DNA of 64,000 nt from NCBI GenBank assembly GCA_965287045.1, contig OZ336886.1, forward strand, positions 2,976,001 to 3,040,000, in the 5' to 3' direction. Source of the DNA: Carcharhinus amblyrhynchos. Taxonomy: Eukaryota. A program made the translations under genes and the position numbers. The notes beneath the pieces are model-generated. The model saw only the letters and a list, made by a program, of their open reading frames with translations. It ran no database searches and was not told where the DNA came from. The stretch's first letter is position 1. Each line of letters starts with the position of its first letter. Positions 1 through 12,599 of the stretch are shown piece by piece.

Positions 1-125
1 TCTAAACCTGGCCTACACGTGACTGCAAACCCACAGCAAGGGGGTTGACTCTTAAATGCCCTTAAGGATTGGCAATAAATACTGGCCCAGCCAGCAGTGC
101 CCACATCCCATGGACAAATTTTAAA
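1..125 (+). mobile_element. 3' end of an L2/CR1-group LINE or a SINE sharing its tail
   Basis: ggcctacacgtgact...ttgactcttaa...gcccacatcccatg; the same sequence recurs at about 37000-37150 and 61570-61755. Confidence 0.55.
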
Positions 126-398
126 AAAATCTGCTTCTGTCTTGTAAGAGGTCTTGAAACCTCTCTTATATCTGAACTAAAATCTATCGTATAATAAATG
201 AAAGTGAACTAGGAACGAAGTCATCATTAATCACAGCAATATCATAATTGTGTCCAGCAGGAAGGCAATCAAGTTCAGTACAACAGTCTTGTCTTTGAGC
301 TTTGTACAGACCACTGGAAACATTTTGGTGCACGTTAATATTAGTATCACCGTGAACTGGTGTTCACCGTGCTGTAATACTGAAGTTGATGAATTAGT

Positions 399-722
399 GC
401 GGCATGATGGTGCAGTGGTCAGCACTGCTGCCTCATGGCTCCAGGGACCTGGGTTCGATTCCCAGCTTTGGTTACTATCTGTGTAGAGTTTGCACATTCT
501 CCCTGTGTCTGCGTGGGTTTTCTCCAGGTACTCCGGTCTCTCCCACATTCCACAGAATGCGGGTTAGGTAGATTGGCCATGATAAATTGTCCATTAAAGT
601 CAGGAGGATTAGCAGAGTAAATACATGGTGTTACAGGGATAGGGCCTGGGTGGGATTGTTGTCGGTACAGAGTCGATGGGCTGAATGTTCTTCTTCTGCA
701 TTGTAGGAATTCTATGAATTTC
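399..722 (+). mobile_element. HE1-type tRNA-derived SINE
   Basis: A/B-box head (cagtggtcagcactg...ggttcgattcc), conserved core gtgggttttctcc, CR1-like TTCTATGA tail. Confidence 0.85.
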
Positions 723-759
723 ATATTCAGTTGGAGAGTGAGAAATGTTGGTCTAAAGT

Positions 760-1032
760 CAGGGATCTGGGTTCAGTTCCAGCCTCGGGTCACTATCAGT
801 GTGAGTTTGCACATTCTCACAGTGTCAGCGTGGGTTTCCTGCGTATGCTGCGGTTTCCTCCCACAGTCCAAAGATGTGCGGGTTAGGTTGATTGGCCATG
901 CGAAATTGACCCTAGTGTCAGGGGGATTAGCAGGGTAAATATGTGGGGTTACAGGAATAGGGCCTGGGTGGGATTGTGCAGACTTGATGGCCAAACAGCC
1001 TCCTACTGCACTGTAGGGATTCTATGATTCTA
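760..1032 (+). mobile_element. HE1-type SINE, 5'-truncated
   Basis: Core and tail match the other copies; ends ttctatgattcta. Confidence 0.85.
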
Positions 1033-2214
1033 AAGCTTATTGAATTTCACTAGACCTACTCGTACAGCCTACAGGGGCTGGACCACAGCGTAAACATGTT
1101 TTAAGAGGAATGGGAGCAAAGCTGTAACTTTGCCAGCGATGTTGATGATTTGGGAAATTCAGTGAAAAGTCAAGGAATGGAGGTCCCACTGTACAAGCAG
1201 GAGCCTCACCGAATGGGGAAATAACTTGCAGTATCTGTGTTTCAATTCAGCCCACACTCACACTATGAGACATTGCCCAGAGCCAGGGCTCTCAAATCTA
1301 AGGGAGCAATCACTCAGTGTAAGTACATCCTTCAGTAAATCCAAGTTATACGAAAGGACAAGAGTATAAACTAAACAAAAAAATGAATTAGAAAAATCAA
1401 ATAAGCATTTGCCCAGAATATAACAAGACAAAGCAGGGCAAAGTGAAGCCAACATAGTTTTGATTTTTGGCAGTGATCCAGGGAAGGAAGTCAAACACAC
1501 ATTAAACCATTCACCACAAATCACCTCCAGACAAACCAAACTCCTGGAGGAATATGCTTTGCTGAGTTCTGTACAGTAGCTAATTGTTGCTCGGTACATT
1601 TTAATACTGTTCAGGTGGTCTGTTGCAGCATTTTTTTAAACTCCACTTCCTGAAGTTTGTTGGGTTAATTTTGTTTTGAAGATTCAGAAGCCACAACTTG
1701 AAATTTTAAAAACTTTAAGTAATCAAAATGAATTCTGGGAGCACAATTTCAAAATAAGGGGTCTCGCATTTCAGATGGAGATAAGGAGGAGTTTCTTCTC
1801 TGAGATGGATATTAGTGTTCGAACTTATTCTGCAGAAAGCAGTGGAGGCCGGCTCACTGAATATATCACGGCTGAGTTAGACAGGTCTTTGAGGGGTTAG
1901 TCAGGAGCAGGGGGTTCACGCAGTCCGGGGGATGTGCAGTTCGAGGGGGGTAGGGAGAGAGGTTGGGCAGTCCAGGCAGTGGAGTTTGGTGATGATAGAT
2001 ACACTGTCCTGGAGCTCCAAAGTTATGGACCATTATGATCCCAGCTGGTTTTACTACTGGCAAGTTAGGTCCCAGGATGGAACTATGTCTGATAGATTCG
2101 AATTTTTTTTATGTAGACATGTGGTGAGCAGCTACTGAATAGAGTCACAGAGTCCACTAATGTACTTTTAACAAGCAAAATATATATTGAACAAGAAAAG
2201 ATGAATTATATGAT

Positions 2215-2965
2215 AGAACATAGAACACTACAGCACAAACAGGCCCTTCGGCTCATAAGTTGCGCCGGTCATATCCATACCTACCAGGCCATAGAACTAT
2301 GTGTAACTCCCAATCCCATTAAATCCCATGTACTCATCCAGAAGTCTTTTAAAAAACCCCAGTGAGTTCGCCTCTACCACCACCGACGGCAGCCGATTCC
2401 ACTCACTCACCACCCTCTGAGTGAAAAACTTACCCCTAACATCTCCTCTGTACTTGCTTCCCAGCACCTTAAACCTGTGTCCTCTCGTAGTGACCATTTC
2501 AGCCCTGGGAAATAGCCTCCGAGAATCCACCCTATCTATTCCTCTCAACATTTTATAAACCTCTATCAGGTCGCCTCTCAACCTTCGTCTCTCCAGGGAG
2601 AAGAGACCCAGCTCCCTCAACCTATCTTCATAAGGCATGCCTCCCAATCCAGGCAACATCCTTGTAAATCTCCTCTGCACCCTTTCAATAGCTTCCACGT
2701 CCTTCCTGTAGTGAGGCGACCAGAACTGCGCACAGTACTCCAAGTGGGGTCTGACAAGGATCTTATAAAGTTGCAGCATTACCTCCCGACTCCTAAACTC
2801 AATCCCTTGATTAATGAAGGCCAGTACACCATACGCCTTCTTGTCCAATCCTCCACCTGTGAGGCCGATTTAAGAGTCCTATAGACCCGGACCCCAAGGT
2901 CCTTCTGCTCCTCAACACTGCTAAGACTCCCACCCTTGATATTGTACTCCTTCATCCCATTGGAT
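2215..2965 (-). mobile_element. CR1 LINE 3' fragment
   Basis: ORF 2297-2848 contains LVRPHLEYCAQFWSPH...RRLRGDLIEVYK...FFTQRVV; (GTTCTAT)n tail. Confidence 0.9.
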
Positions 2966-4788
2966 TATTATGCTACTTCTTCACCCACAACTATACTTTT
3001 ATAGATATATACAGATTCAAATTACAACTTATATTCTCATGCAGACAGAAAGTACACGGTCCAGTAATCCAATAGGTGGGTCGGACACACTACAGTCCGA
3101 AATCAAGTGACAGATCCCAAACGGATGCTTTGTATCTCGAACCAACTCCCCCTCCGATATATGTCACACTAGTCTCACTGGAATTCTGTCTTTCACACAA
3201 GGGTTTCCAATCTCAAAGTCCAGAGTAATCACTTTGAAACTTTTCCTTTTCTCTCTTCCACAAGGGTCCAACTCCAGGATTTTGATTTCTCCTTCCGATG
3301 TTTCTCTGTTCTGGATCGCCACATGCATTCAAGCTTCATCTTTTACACACTCTCTCAGTTATTCAGCTGTTCCAATACAATACCACCACTTCATAGGCCC
3401 ATAGTAAGGATTACAGCCTTTGGCTCCTTAGATCTCTGGCACCTCACAGGCCTAATCTGCTGTAAATCTGCTTCCTGCAGCTTTCTCACTTTAGACTTGG
3501 AGCCTTCCTCTGCTCCTCATCCTTAACTTTACTGAGCAGGATCTGTTGCACATTTCCTGTCATCACTTAAAGGTTTTCATGGAACCTTTCTCCTTTTCTT
3601 TTGGGACCTGCTCCCTGCTCCCTCTCCCATAGACTGATCATTTTGCATCTCCCTTGAGGTCCAGATCTCACTCGCCATTCACTGTTATTTTAATTTTGGA
3701 GGAGCACATGAAAGATTCTTAGACTTATTTTCCTCAGCAACTTGCTGGTATGTCTGTCTACCTAAAGAGGTTTAAGTTACTCCCTTCATCTGAGAGCATA
3801 ATCATCAACTGGGCTAAAAACTACTGTTCTGTTTATCCATAAATCAGGAAGAAAAATACCATCCCCAAGAAAAAATACCATCCCCAATGTTCTTCTCCAC
3901 TGTGCTGGGAATGCTCAGTTCTGAGATCGAGGAGGAGGATAAAGGGACATAGATGTACCCATTACTCCAATCTCTGCCTCTTTTACATGGCCCTTTGGGA
4001 CTTTTGGGACTACACAAAAACGCAAGAAGTAGGAGTAGACCATTTGGCCCATCAAGCCTGCTCCATCATTCGATATGATCATAGCTGATCTTGGACATCC
4101 ACCCACTTTCCTGTCCCTTCCCCATTACCCTTGATTCTCTGAGACCAAAATGTAGCAGCACAATTGTCCCTGCCGCCCACCACTGACATAACAAGACTCC
4201 CACCCAGGAAGGTCAGGAACCTCATTTAAAGACCTGATTAGTGGGCTTTCCCGCCATTCCCCCCACATTTGGATTTAGCCCTCACCAGCGCGTCATCATG
4301 TCAATAAGATTTACAACAGGTTTTTGGGAAGCAGGTGGGGGGAATCCACTGGCGGTGCATAGCTAAGTATAGCCTTTGAGGGGAAAGGGCCATACCTGGG
4401 CAGTACTCAGGCACTGCCTGCTGGCACTATGGCACTGCCCCCTGGCCCTCCTGGCACTGCCCACTATGGCAGCAGCAGTGTTAGGCTGCTGGGGTTGATT
4501 CCTTTGGGGATTTCTATGGGGGAGGCTCCCCAGGTACATTGCAGAGGTTTGCTGTATATGTGTTGGGAGGGGTGGGGGGTGTCCCAGTGTGCATGTGAGT
4601 GGGAGGTTCTTGTTTGTTTTTAACCGAAGCCCTTTGAAAAGGACTACGCGATCTCTGGAAAGCTGACATTGCTGGCTCTTTGAACCTACTCCGCCGGTGT
4701 GACAATGTGGACACGCGTCCAGGATTTGTAAAGTCTGTGTCATCTCATCGCAGTAGATATCATCGATTGAGGAGACTAAAATCAGTTG

Positions 4789-5127
4789 AACATAGAACCC
4801 TACAGTGCAGAAACAGGCCCTTCGGCCCATCGAGTCTGCACTGACCACAATCCCACCCAGGCCCTATCCCCAAACCCCTGCACATTTACCCACTAATCCC
4901 TCTAACCTACACATCCCTGGACACTAAGGGGCAATTTTAGCATGGCCAATCAACCTAACCCGCACATCTTTGGACTGTGGGAGGAAACCGGGGCACCCAG
5001 AGGAAACCCACACAGACACGAGGAGAATGTGCAAACTCCACGCAGACAGTGACATGAGCCAGGAATTGAACCCAGGACCCTGGAGCTGTGAAGCAGCAGT
5101 GCTAACCACTTTGCTACTGTGCCGCCC
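4789..5127 (-). mobile_element. Full-length HE1-type SINE with 8-bp TSD
   Basis: Head GGGCGGCAC at 5127; ATCAGTTG duplicated at 4781-4788 and 5128-5135. Confidence 0.9.
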
Positions 5128-6384
5128 ATCAGTTGTGCTGATGTTTGCCACTAAAACAAATGCCTTTATGATCTGAGTGTTGTGGGAACTTTTGAAGAAA
5201 AACTGAAAGAGAATATGCGCCGGGAAGAAGCACTCTAATTAGAACCTCTGACTGTAGTCTTTGTTCACGAGGTTATCATTGAATGTTCTCTTCAGCAAGG
5301 TTACAAATTAAATCATCAATCCTGTTTGCAAGTTCTGGGGGTCTACAGACAGCTGGCTTACATTAATGAGAACGTGAAACAGTCTGTCTTTGACTGAATT
5401 ATTCCTTCAGCAATAAACAAATAAAAAACAATTGTCACTTAATTGTTGTATGAAAGTACATAATTAATCCGGGGTTTTGGCTTAGCAGATGTCAAAGATT
5501 TTAATTCAAATACAGCAACAGGATCCACAACGTAAACCTATTCATTCTAAACAAAACAGGATAAATCCAAAGGAATAGAAACTGCACAACAATAAAATAG
5601 CTTGTCAACTTGCATCACTAATGAAATAATATTGGCAGACACAGCTATAAAGGGGTTTCTACTTCAGATCACAAGCTGGTTTCTGTTGGTTAATCAATTG
5701 GTAACAAGGGAGCTCAGACTCAGCATTATTAACAGAGCAAAGGGCAATTAGACTTTTTTCCACATAACGTTGAGACCCCAAGATGCTTTACCACAGTGGA
5801 GGGTGGCCTGCAGCCCATCTGGGTTCAAAACATTTTGTTGACCATTCCTCCGTGTAGGGTTGCCCTATTCCACTGATTCCCATCTGCGTATTCTTCTTCC
5901 AACAGTGTGACAGATACGAAATGCATGTAAAGCAAAGGCAAGTGAAGTGAGGTGTGTGCTGATTACCCACAACACTGATTGTGTGAGCTGTGTTCTGAGT
6001 AAAAGTGTAAATATCTCTTTTACCATTTGAAGTTCATAGTTCTACTAATATATAAATGACTAGGCATTTTCTATAACTCGTTATGAATGCTTCTCTTATG
6101 AAACTCTTATGAACTGCCTGTATGGTCTGAGTGTCAACTCAGCTCACTTATAAAAAAGCCTCCTGAAAACTCATTTCTTTGACCCATCTTCTGGCCATCA
6201 CTTCTAACACTTCCCTTTCTGACACTTGATCAACTTCCTTGTGCCTATAAGAGACAGACTTTGGGGTACCTTTATGCTAAAAGAATGCAAGTTGCTACTG
6301 TTAAAAAAGGGAAATGGATGGACATATGCAAAGGAAGTATATAAAACAACATAGGGAAATGATATTAACTGGAACTACAGTTGA

Positions 6385-6682
6385 GGGGTGGTACGGTGGT
6401 TAGCACTGCTGCCTCACAGCTGCCAGGGATCCAAGCACAACTCCGGCCTCGGGTGACTGTGTGGAATTTGCATATTCTTCCCGCATCTCATGGGTTTCCC
6501 ACACTCCAAAGATGTGCCGGTTAGGTGGACTGGTCATGCTAAATTGCCCCTTAGTGTCAGGGAGACTAGCGAGGTAAATACTTGGGGTTACAGGCATAGG
6601 ACCTGGGTGGGATTGATGTCAGTGCAGACTTGATGGGCCGAATGGCATCCTTCTGCACTGTAGGAATTCTATGATTCTGTGA
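6385..6682 (+). mobile_element. HE1-type SINE with internal deletion
   Basis: ggtggttagcactgctgcctcacagc head; ttctatgattc tail. Confidence 0.85.
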
Positions 6683-8422
6683 ACTAGCGCCAGTTCAGAC
6701 ACTAGACTGAATGATGCTTTTTCATGCAAATATTTCGGTGACATAATACGCCCCAGGTGGGTTTGGAGGCAGGCGGATGGGCTGTGAGATTGGGGAGAAG
6801 ATTGCAAGTGGAGATCCATCACCTTCCTTTCTCCCCTCTGATTAAAACATCCAGGGCAGTAAGGTCCTGCAGGCTGTCTTCTGCCTGAAGACCACTTCAG
6901 GGCCTTATCCTGTGGCTGCTGGAATTCAATCAGCTGCGGGTCACCATCTGGGAAGGCCACCCATTAAACCCTGTTATCTCTCTTCTCCCCACAATTATCA
7001 TTACACCTACACTCATTTCTATCTAGGGATCTACTTGCTGCTCCCTTCTGCAGTGCCCACTGTAATACTGGCAGCAGGCAGCACTCACGATGGCAGTGCA
7101 GAGCGGCCAGCCTCTGATTGACCAATGGTCTCGGGGGTCAGATTTCCAGCCTACTGGGGGCTTAATCCGATGGGAGAACTGGGCTACCCAGGTAAGTGCC
7201 TGAATGAAATTAAATTGCATTAGGGCCTCCAGGAGAAAAGTGATATGGGACTCCATGTCAAGGCAAGACCCCCTTCACCCAAATTCATTCCTGGCCGATA
7301 TAACTGTCATTTCACAGGACTGTATACTCTTAATCTCTGTTCTTGGAAATTAGAGGAAATAGATGTCAAAACATGTCAAAGAATTCCTCAAATCCCTGAG
7401 GCCTCCAGACCAAGAAAAGACAGTTAAACCATTTAGAAATAGTTTTGCATATTTTGAACGGGATATGTTAGTACAAAATGGTCTACAGATATTATTGTTT
7501 CCCCTTGCAGTCCTGATTTTTTTATTCATTATCTGTCCTACAGAATTTTATAAAGAAATTGTGTTACACAAAAAATGGAGGCTTATATCAAGCAAAGCAG
7601 TTAAGCTGTCCTATTTGTTCTGAAGAATCACTCCCATGGTAGGTATAAATACAGATATACATGTGCAGCCTTATGATTCAGTTTTACCATTTAAAATAAC
7701 TGGTCTGGTTTCCTTCATGATACTTCAGTCAACCTGTGAAGATTGAGTCAATACTTCAAAGAATATTTTCCTATGCTTCAACTCGGTTAGAAGAATAAAG
7801 TTTAAAAAGTGCTAATTATCTAATATATAATTGAATTTTATCCTTTGTGGGGAACCAGGCTAGATGAGAGTGCAGGTTGCTAAATCGGGGTCAGAAAGAA
7901 ACTTGAATTTATATCATGCCTTTCATATTTCTGGATAATCTGAAGAATCTTGCAGCTCATAAATACTTTTAGAAGTGTAGTCACTGTTATAATCCAGGAA
8001 TTGGGGCAATAAAGTTGTAGTTTGATTCAGTTTGAACCAGTTACTAAGGAAGGGAATGTAGTCGGTAGCTGGCAGACAGAGTTTGGTGGGGGCTGATGAG
8101 AATGATTACATTTGGGTGTCTGGTGGAGGGTTAGGAAGTGCTCTCAGATCTTAGTAGTCTGCATTAGCAGTTCCAATATATCAACAGAGGAGTGAGGAGC
8201 AGCCTGTTTAACCCACTGGAAACAGTGACATCAGGAAAGCCAGACAGGGTCAAAGATAAATCCACAGGATCAATTCAGGCAAGGCCTGGGGAACAGCTGT
8301 CAGGAAGTAAGATCCACACAAAACTGGAAGCAGCAACAAATGCTCAGTAAGATGGCACAACATAATGTAGTAAAGGGTGAATGCTGAGCTTTGAAGGAGA
8401 AGTGAAGCGAGCAAAGTCAGCA

Positions 8423-8676
8423 TGGTGTAAAGATGCTTGTTTGCCAGGTTAAGGAAAATGCAACTTGTTTATTTACAGGTTAAAACTACAGAGAGGCTTG
8501 CGCCCTCGTGGCTGCAGCCAGCTCCCAAGGTGACTCTGAAGTGCAGAAGCCCATGTTTACTCGGGTGATCCCCCACCCTGCTCACTGATTGGTTCCCTGG
8601 GTCATATGACCCTTACTTTACTGATTGAATCTTAAAGGGACAATCACCACCCATGAGAAGCCGAAGTATTACACCA
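8423..8676 (-). mobile_element. Probable solo LTR
   Basis: TG...CA ends with an 8-bp terminal inverted repeat TGGTGTAA/TTACACCA, flanks cagca/aagca (4 of 5 match), AATAAA on the minus strand near 8470. Confidence 0.6.
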
Positions 8677-10110
8677 AAGCAGAAACTATTCAGCAACTTG
8701 GGTGGGTGGGTGGGTGAGTGGGTGGGCCGGGGGGGGGAGTAGATGGAACAGGAACCAGCAGTTCTTGCCACTGGCAGAGCCATCTCTGTCCTCAATCTTG
8801 TCTAAGGTCTGTCTTCTTTGTCAAAGACAGTGAAGGTTTCGCCTCATAAAGACATGTCGGTTTATGTGAGGATGGATGCTAAGGCTGCCTCCCTTGTCTT
8901 GTGATCCTTTTTCTCCTTTAAAACAAAAAAAAGCAGCCATGCACGACAAGGTACCTATGTTCAAAACTGTTGTTGCAACAACTTAACTTGTAGCTGAAAA
9001 GTCACGGATGAAATATAAGGGTCTGCAACCCAATCCAAAAAATGCAAAAACTTAGACCATAACAGCTGCAAATGTCAAATCAATAATGTACTACAGCGAA
9101 ACAATGTTTGACTGTGAATAGTGGCATTCCCAAAAACAATCAAAATAGCTGCAAACCTTTGAAATACATTTCAATGCAGCACCCATTTTAAATCAATACT
9201 TAACCATTCAGGTTCATCTGGATGTGAAACATGTACGTGGTGCTATATTTTAAGTCCTTCTCAAGGAGAATGCATGAGAAGTGCAAACACACTTGGCAAT
9301 GGAAAGTCAGCCTGGCTGCTGGATGACGGCCTGTGAATTGGATAAGCAACAAATCCTGAGAAATACTCACCCAACTTTGCCACTTTGCCAACTCACTCAA
9401 AATCAGCTGGCAAAATTGGGCCAAACCCCATAATTAGTCTTCAGGCCCCAACAGCAATGGCAACTTTCAGATCCTTTATTGCTTTAAATGCAAAGTGAAA
9501 CTGAATTGCAAAGGAAATACTCTTCAGGACAGTGAGGTTTATTCAGAACCCGGCACTACAGGGAGCTGAACTTTACAGGACAGGACAGAGAGCTAGATTA
9601 CAGTACTACTCAGATTCATGCTGCCATCCAGCTATTCAAACTGGATCTATCAATACCAATCTCAGTACCTGACCCACTCCTTTTTATGTGGCCCTCCAAA
9701 GAGGAATCTGTTATCAAGTTTTAGTTAAATGTAGCCCTCTTGCAACGGAGGTACCTTTTTCCCTCAGAAGGTGGGACATTGCGACGTACTATCCCCTACT
9801 AGGAGTAGACAGCCAGTTTTCCAGTCTCTGGGGGAATCCGGATGAGATGTGCACACTGGAGGTATTTGACTTGTCTCTCGCTGCCACATACTTCAACAGA
9901 GACACTAGCAGAGACTGCTGGTGGCTGCTATCTTGCTGGAAGTTCTGGATTCATTAGTCTGGATCCCAGGGTCCAAATTCTGGAACCACGCTTGACCACA
10001 AAAAGTGGAATTCACTGTTAGCAGTCTTGGAGGGTCTATATATTTTTGTTTTAAAACAGGCAATCAGCCATTAGCTTGAAAAATCAGGATGCTAATGCAT
10101 CCTGCATTAT

Positions 10111-10453
10111 GGGCGGCACGGTAGCACAGTGGTTAGCACTGCTGCTTCACAGCTCCAGGGTCCTGGGTTCGATTCCTGGCTCGGGTCACTGTCTGTATGG
10201 AGTTTGCACATTCTCCTCGTGTCTGCGTGGGTTTCCTCCGGGTGCTCCGGTTTCCTCCCACAGTCCAAAGATGTGCGGGTTAGGTTGACTGGCCAAGCCA
10301 AAAATTGCCCCTTAGTGCCCTGAGATGTGTAGGTTAGAGGGATTAACAGGTAAATGTGTAGGGATATGGGATAGGGCCTGGGTGGGATTGTGGTTGGTGC
10401 AGACTCGATGGGCCGAAGGGCCTCTTTCTGCACTGTAGGGTTCTATGATTCTA
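10111..10453 (+). mobile_element. Full-length, young HE1-type SINE
   Basis: GGGCGGCACGGTAGCACAGTGGTTAGCACT A box, GGTTCGATTCC B box, CpGs retained, TTCTATGATTCTA tail. Confidence 0.92.
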
Positions 10454-11034
10454 ATAGATATTGGAGAATGTAGAGGTGTCGGATTGGATGAATGTGGAGA
10501 TAAACACTGAGTCAGGGGGTGAACGTTCTATCTCTGTGCTTTCATTCTACGGCCCAAATCTTTCAGAAACCCTCAGAATTCCTCCTGCTGAGACCACAAG
10601 CATTCCTGAGCCCAGGCGGATACTGGGATGTCAGGAAGGATTTTACAGGTGGCAGCCAATTTAGGAAGAGCCAGGACCTGGACTGCCATTCACGGGAAAG
10701 GTGGCCCCAGTGTTCAAAGCTGCCTGTCCTATCAGAGGGTTGAATTTTATTAGTAGAACAAAACATTACTTCCTCCAAGACCTCTTCAGATTGCAGCATG
10801 AATCTATCAGGAAGTTTATCATTTTAAAATGTGCATCTCAATCTTTGTACATTGTCTGGTGCCACAAGTCTGCTTTAATGGCAGAAGAACATTCAAAACT
10901 GAAGCAACCAATAGAACTGTCAGTAACAACTATCGGAATAATAGCATCATGGTACGAATACATCAATCAGGAAACGTTCTGCTCTCAAACTCTCAGTGCT
11001 TCAGATGACTATAAATAGCATATTAAATACTCAC

Positions 11035-11362
11035 AGTTTTGGTTTGGCAGATACTGGTGGCGGCTCCTTAGTGGGTGAGATTGGCCCTGACGCCCAAGTA
11101 TTTTGTCCATTCGTTGCGCCATGTTCCCTCCCAAATGAAGGCTCATTTCCAGTGTCATCTTCAGGCAATTTGAAATGCACTCGCAGCCTTGCTTTCGGTT
11201 TGTGATCATGATGGTTCACAAGAACGCCCTCCAGTTTGGGTTTTAAGTGGGCAGTGGGACGCAGCAGTGTTTTGTTTGGCTGGGCTGGCACTCTAGCCTC
11301 ACTGGCCTCGACTGTTACAGAGCTTGAAGCATTCATACTAACAGCATTACTGTCTTCAGTTC
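11035..11362 (-). CDS. MYPN: Myopalladin internal exon after Ig2 (328 nt, phase 1 to 2)
   Basis: Acceptor ctccgcag and donor gtgagt. Contains KPKLEGVLVNH, LRVHFKLPEDD and KEPPPVSAKPKL, which are characteristic of myopalladin. Confidence 0.93.
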
Positions 11363-11969
11363 CTGCGGAGAAGGTTATCAAACAGGATGAGACTCAGTTT
11401 ACACAAAATAAATGTTAACGCAGCAGTTTCTCTACAATCCAGAGCCAGATTTAAGAAAGGTCACTCCTAGCCATGAGCCTCATTCACAGGGACACATTGC
11501 AGGGGATTATGTACAGGTTCCAAGAAGCTCCTATTCTTGAGTAATGAGTCCCATGAGTGGGATTTTATAAAACCTGCCCTCAGGTATGGAATTAAACAAT
11601 TTAGGGAAGCTTACTTTAAAAAAAAAGTGTTAGCAATAGAACATTGCAGCCACTGTCTCCAGCACATCTTGTGAGGCAAGAAGACCATGAATATTCCCCA
11701 ATCCTCAAGCAAACTTTCAGCCTCCCTTCTGACAATCGTGGCTCCTCCCTCACTGACATGATCAACAACCCCAACACACATCCATCCAGCCTCAGTCTTG
11801 GAGCCTATTGGAGCTTCTAAGCAATCTGGGCATGACCAGGCACTGCCCACCTGGCACCCTGGCACTGCCAAGGGAGTGGGGTCTGAGTGGGTTGGAACCT
11901 GAGTGAGGGCTATGTGCAGGGGAGGGGCCTGTGACAGAGGGGGGGGGGGGTCATTCAGGTGGTAATCTG

Positions 11970-12190
11970 TCTTCTTGTTTTTGCTTCCAAAGTGAATAAC
12001 TCACATTTATTCAAATTATACTGCATCTGCCAGTGATTTGCCCACTCACCCAACCGTCCAGATCATTCTGAAGGATCTCTGCATTCGCATCACAGTTCAC
12101 CCTCCCACCCAACTTGGTATCGTCTGCAAACTTTGAGATGTTACATTTTGTTCCCTCATCCAAATCATTAATATATAATGTGACAAGCTG
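11970..12190 (-). mobile_element. CR1 reverse transcriptase fragment
   Basis: Translates as YINDLDEGTKCNISKFADDTKLGG. Confidence 0.85.
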
Positions 12191-12337
12191 ATGAGGAAGA
12201 CACAAGAGACAGATTTGCTCTTGGCCCTGCATTCCTTAAATAACTGACAGGCTCCAGGAACAGTAAGCTAAGTGAGGTCATCTGACATATCTCCCACAGC
12301 CCTCCATTCCATCATCTCACAGCATAGCTGAACCATC

Positions 12338-12533
12338 ACAGAGAAAAGGCTGGAAAATCTCATCAGGTCTATGAGCCTCTGTGGAGAGAGAATAGGGTTA
12401 ACACCCGACAAAGTGTCATCCTGACTTAAAACTTTGGCTCCATTCTCTCTCCACAGCTGCTGTCAGACTGACAGAGATTTTCCAGCATTTCCTGTTTTTG
12501 TTTGAGATTCCAGCATCCACAGTAATTAGCTTT
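12338..12533 (+). mobile_element. Foldback Penelope-like terminus, family 2
   Basis: Inverted arms (gctggaaaatctc...gtggagagagaat and attctctctccac...gagattttccagc), decayed hammerhead at 12405-12437, one-sided tail gattccagcatccacagtaattagcttt. Confidence 0.6.
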
Positions 12534-12599
12534 CACATCACTGACAGTACGGTTTCTTCATTCACATTTGTGCATTCTGAACTCATGTCTCGTTCAGGT

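Noticed and set aside
231-994. Recurrent short ORFs such as CGRKPEHPEETHADT
   Set aside because: Open frames within HE1-type SINE copies, not genes.
2040-3860. Possible long LTR or ERV-like sequence around the CR1 insertion
   Set aside because: No clear termini, TSD or coding motif that I could verify by eye.
10111-10185. tRNA gene
   Set aside because: The A/B boxes are the head of a SINE and continue directly into the SINE core and tail.
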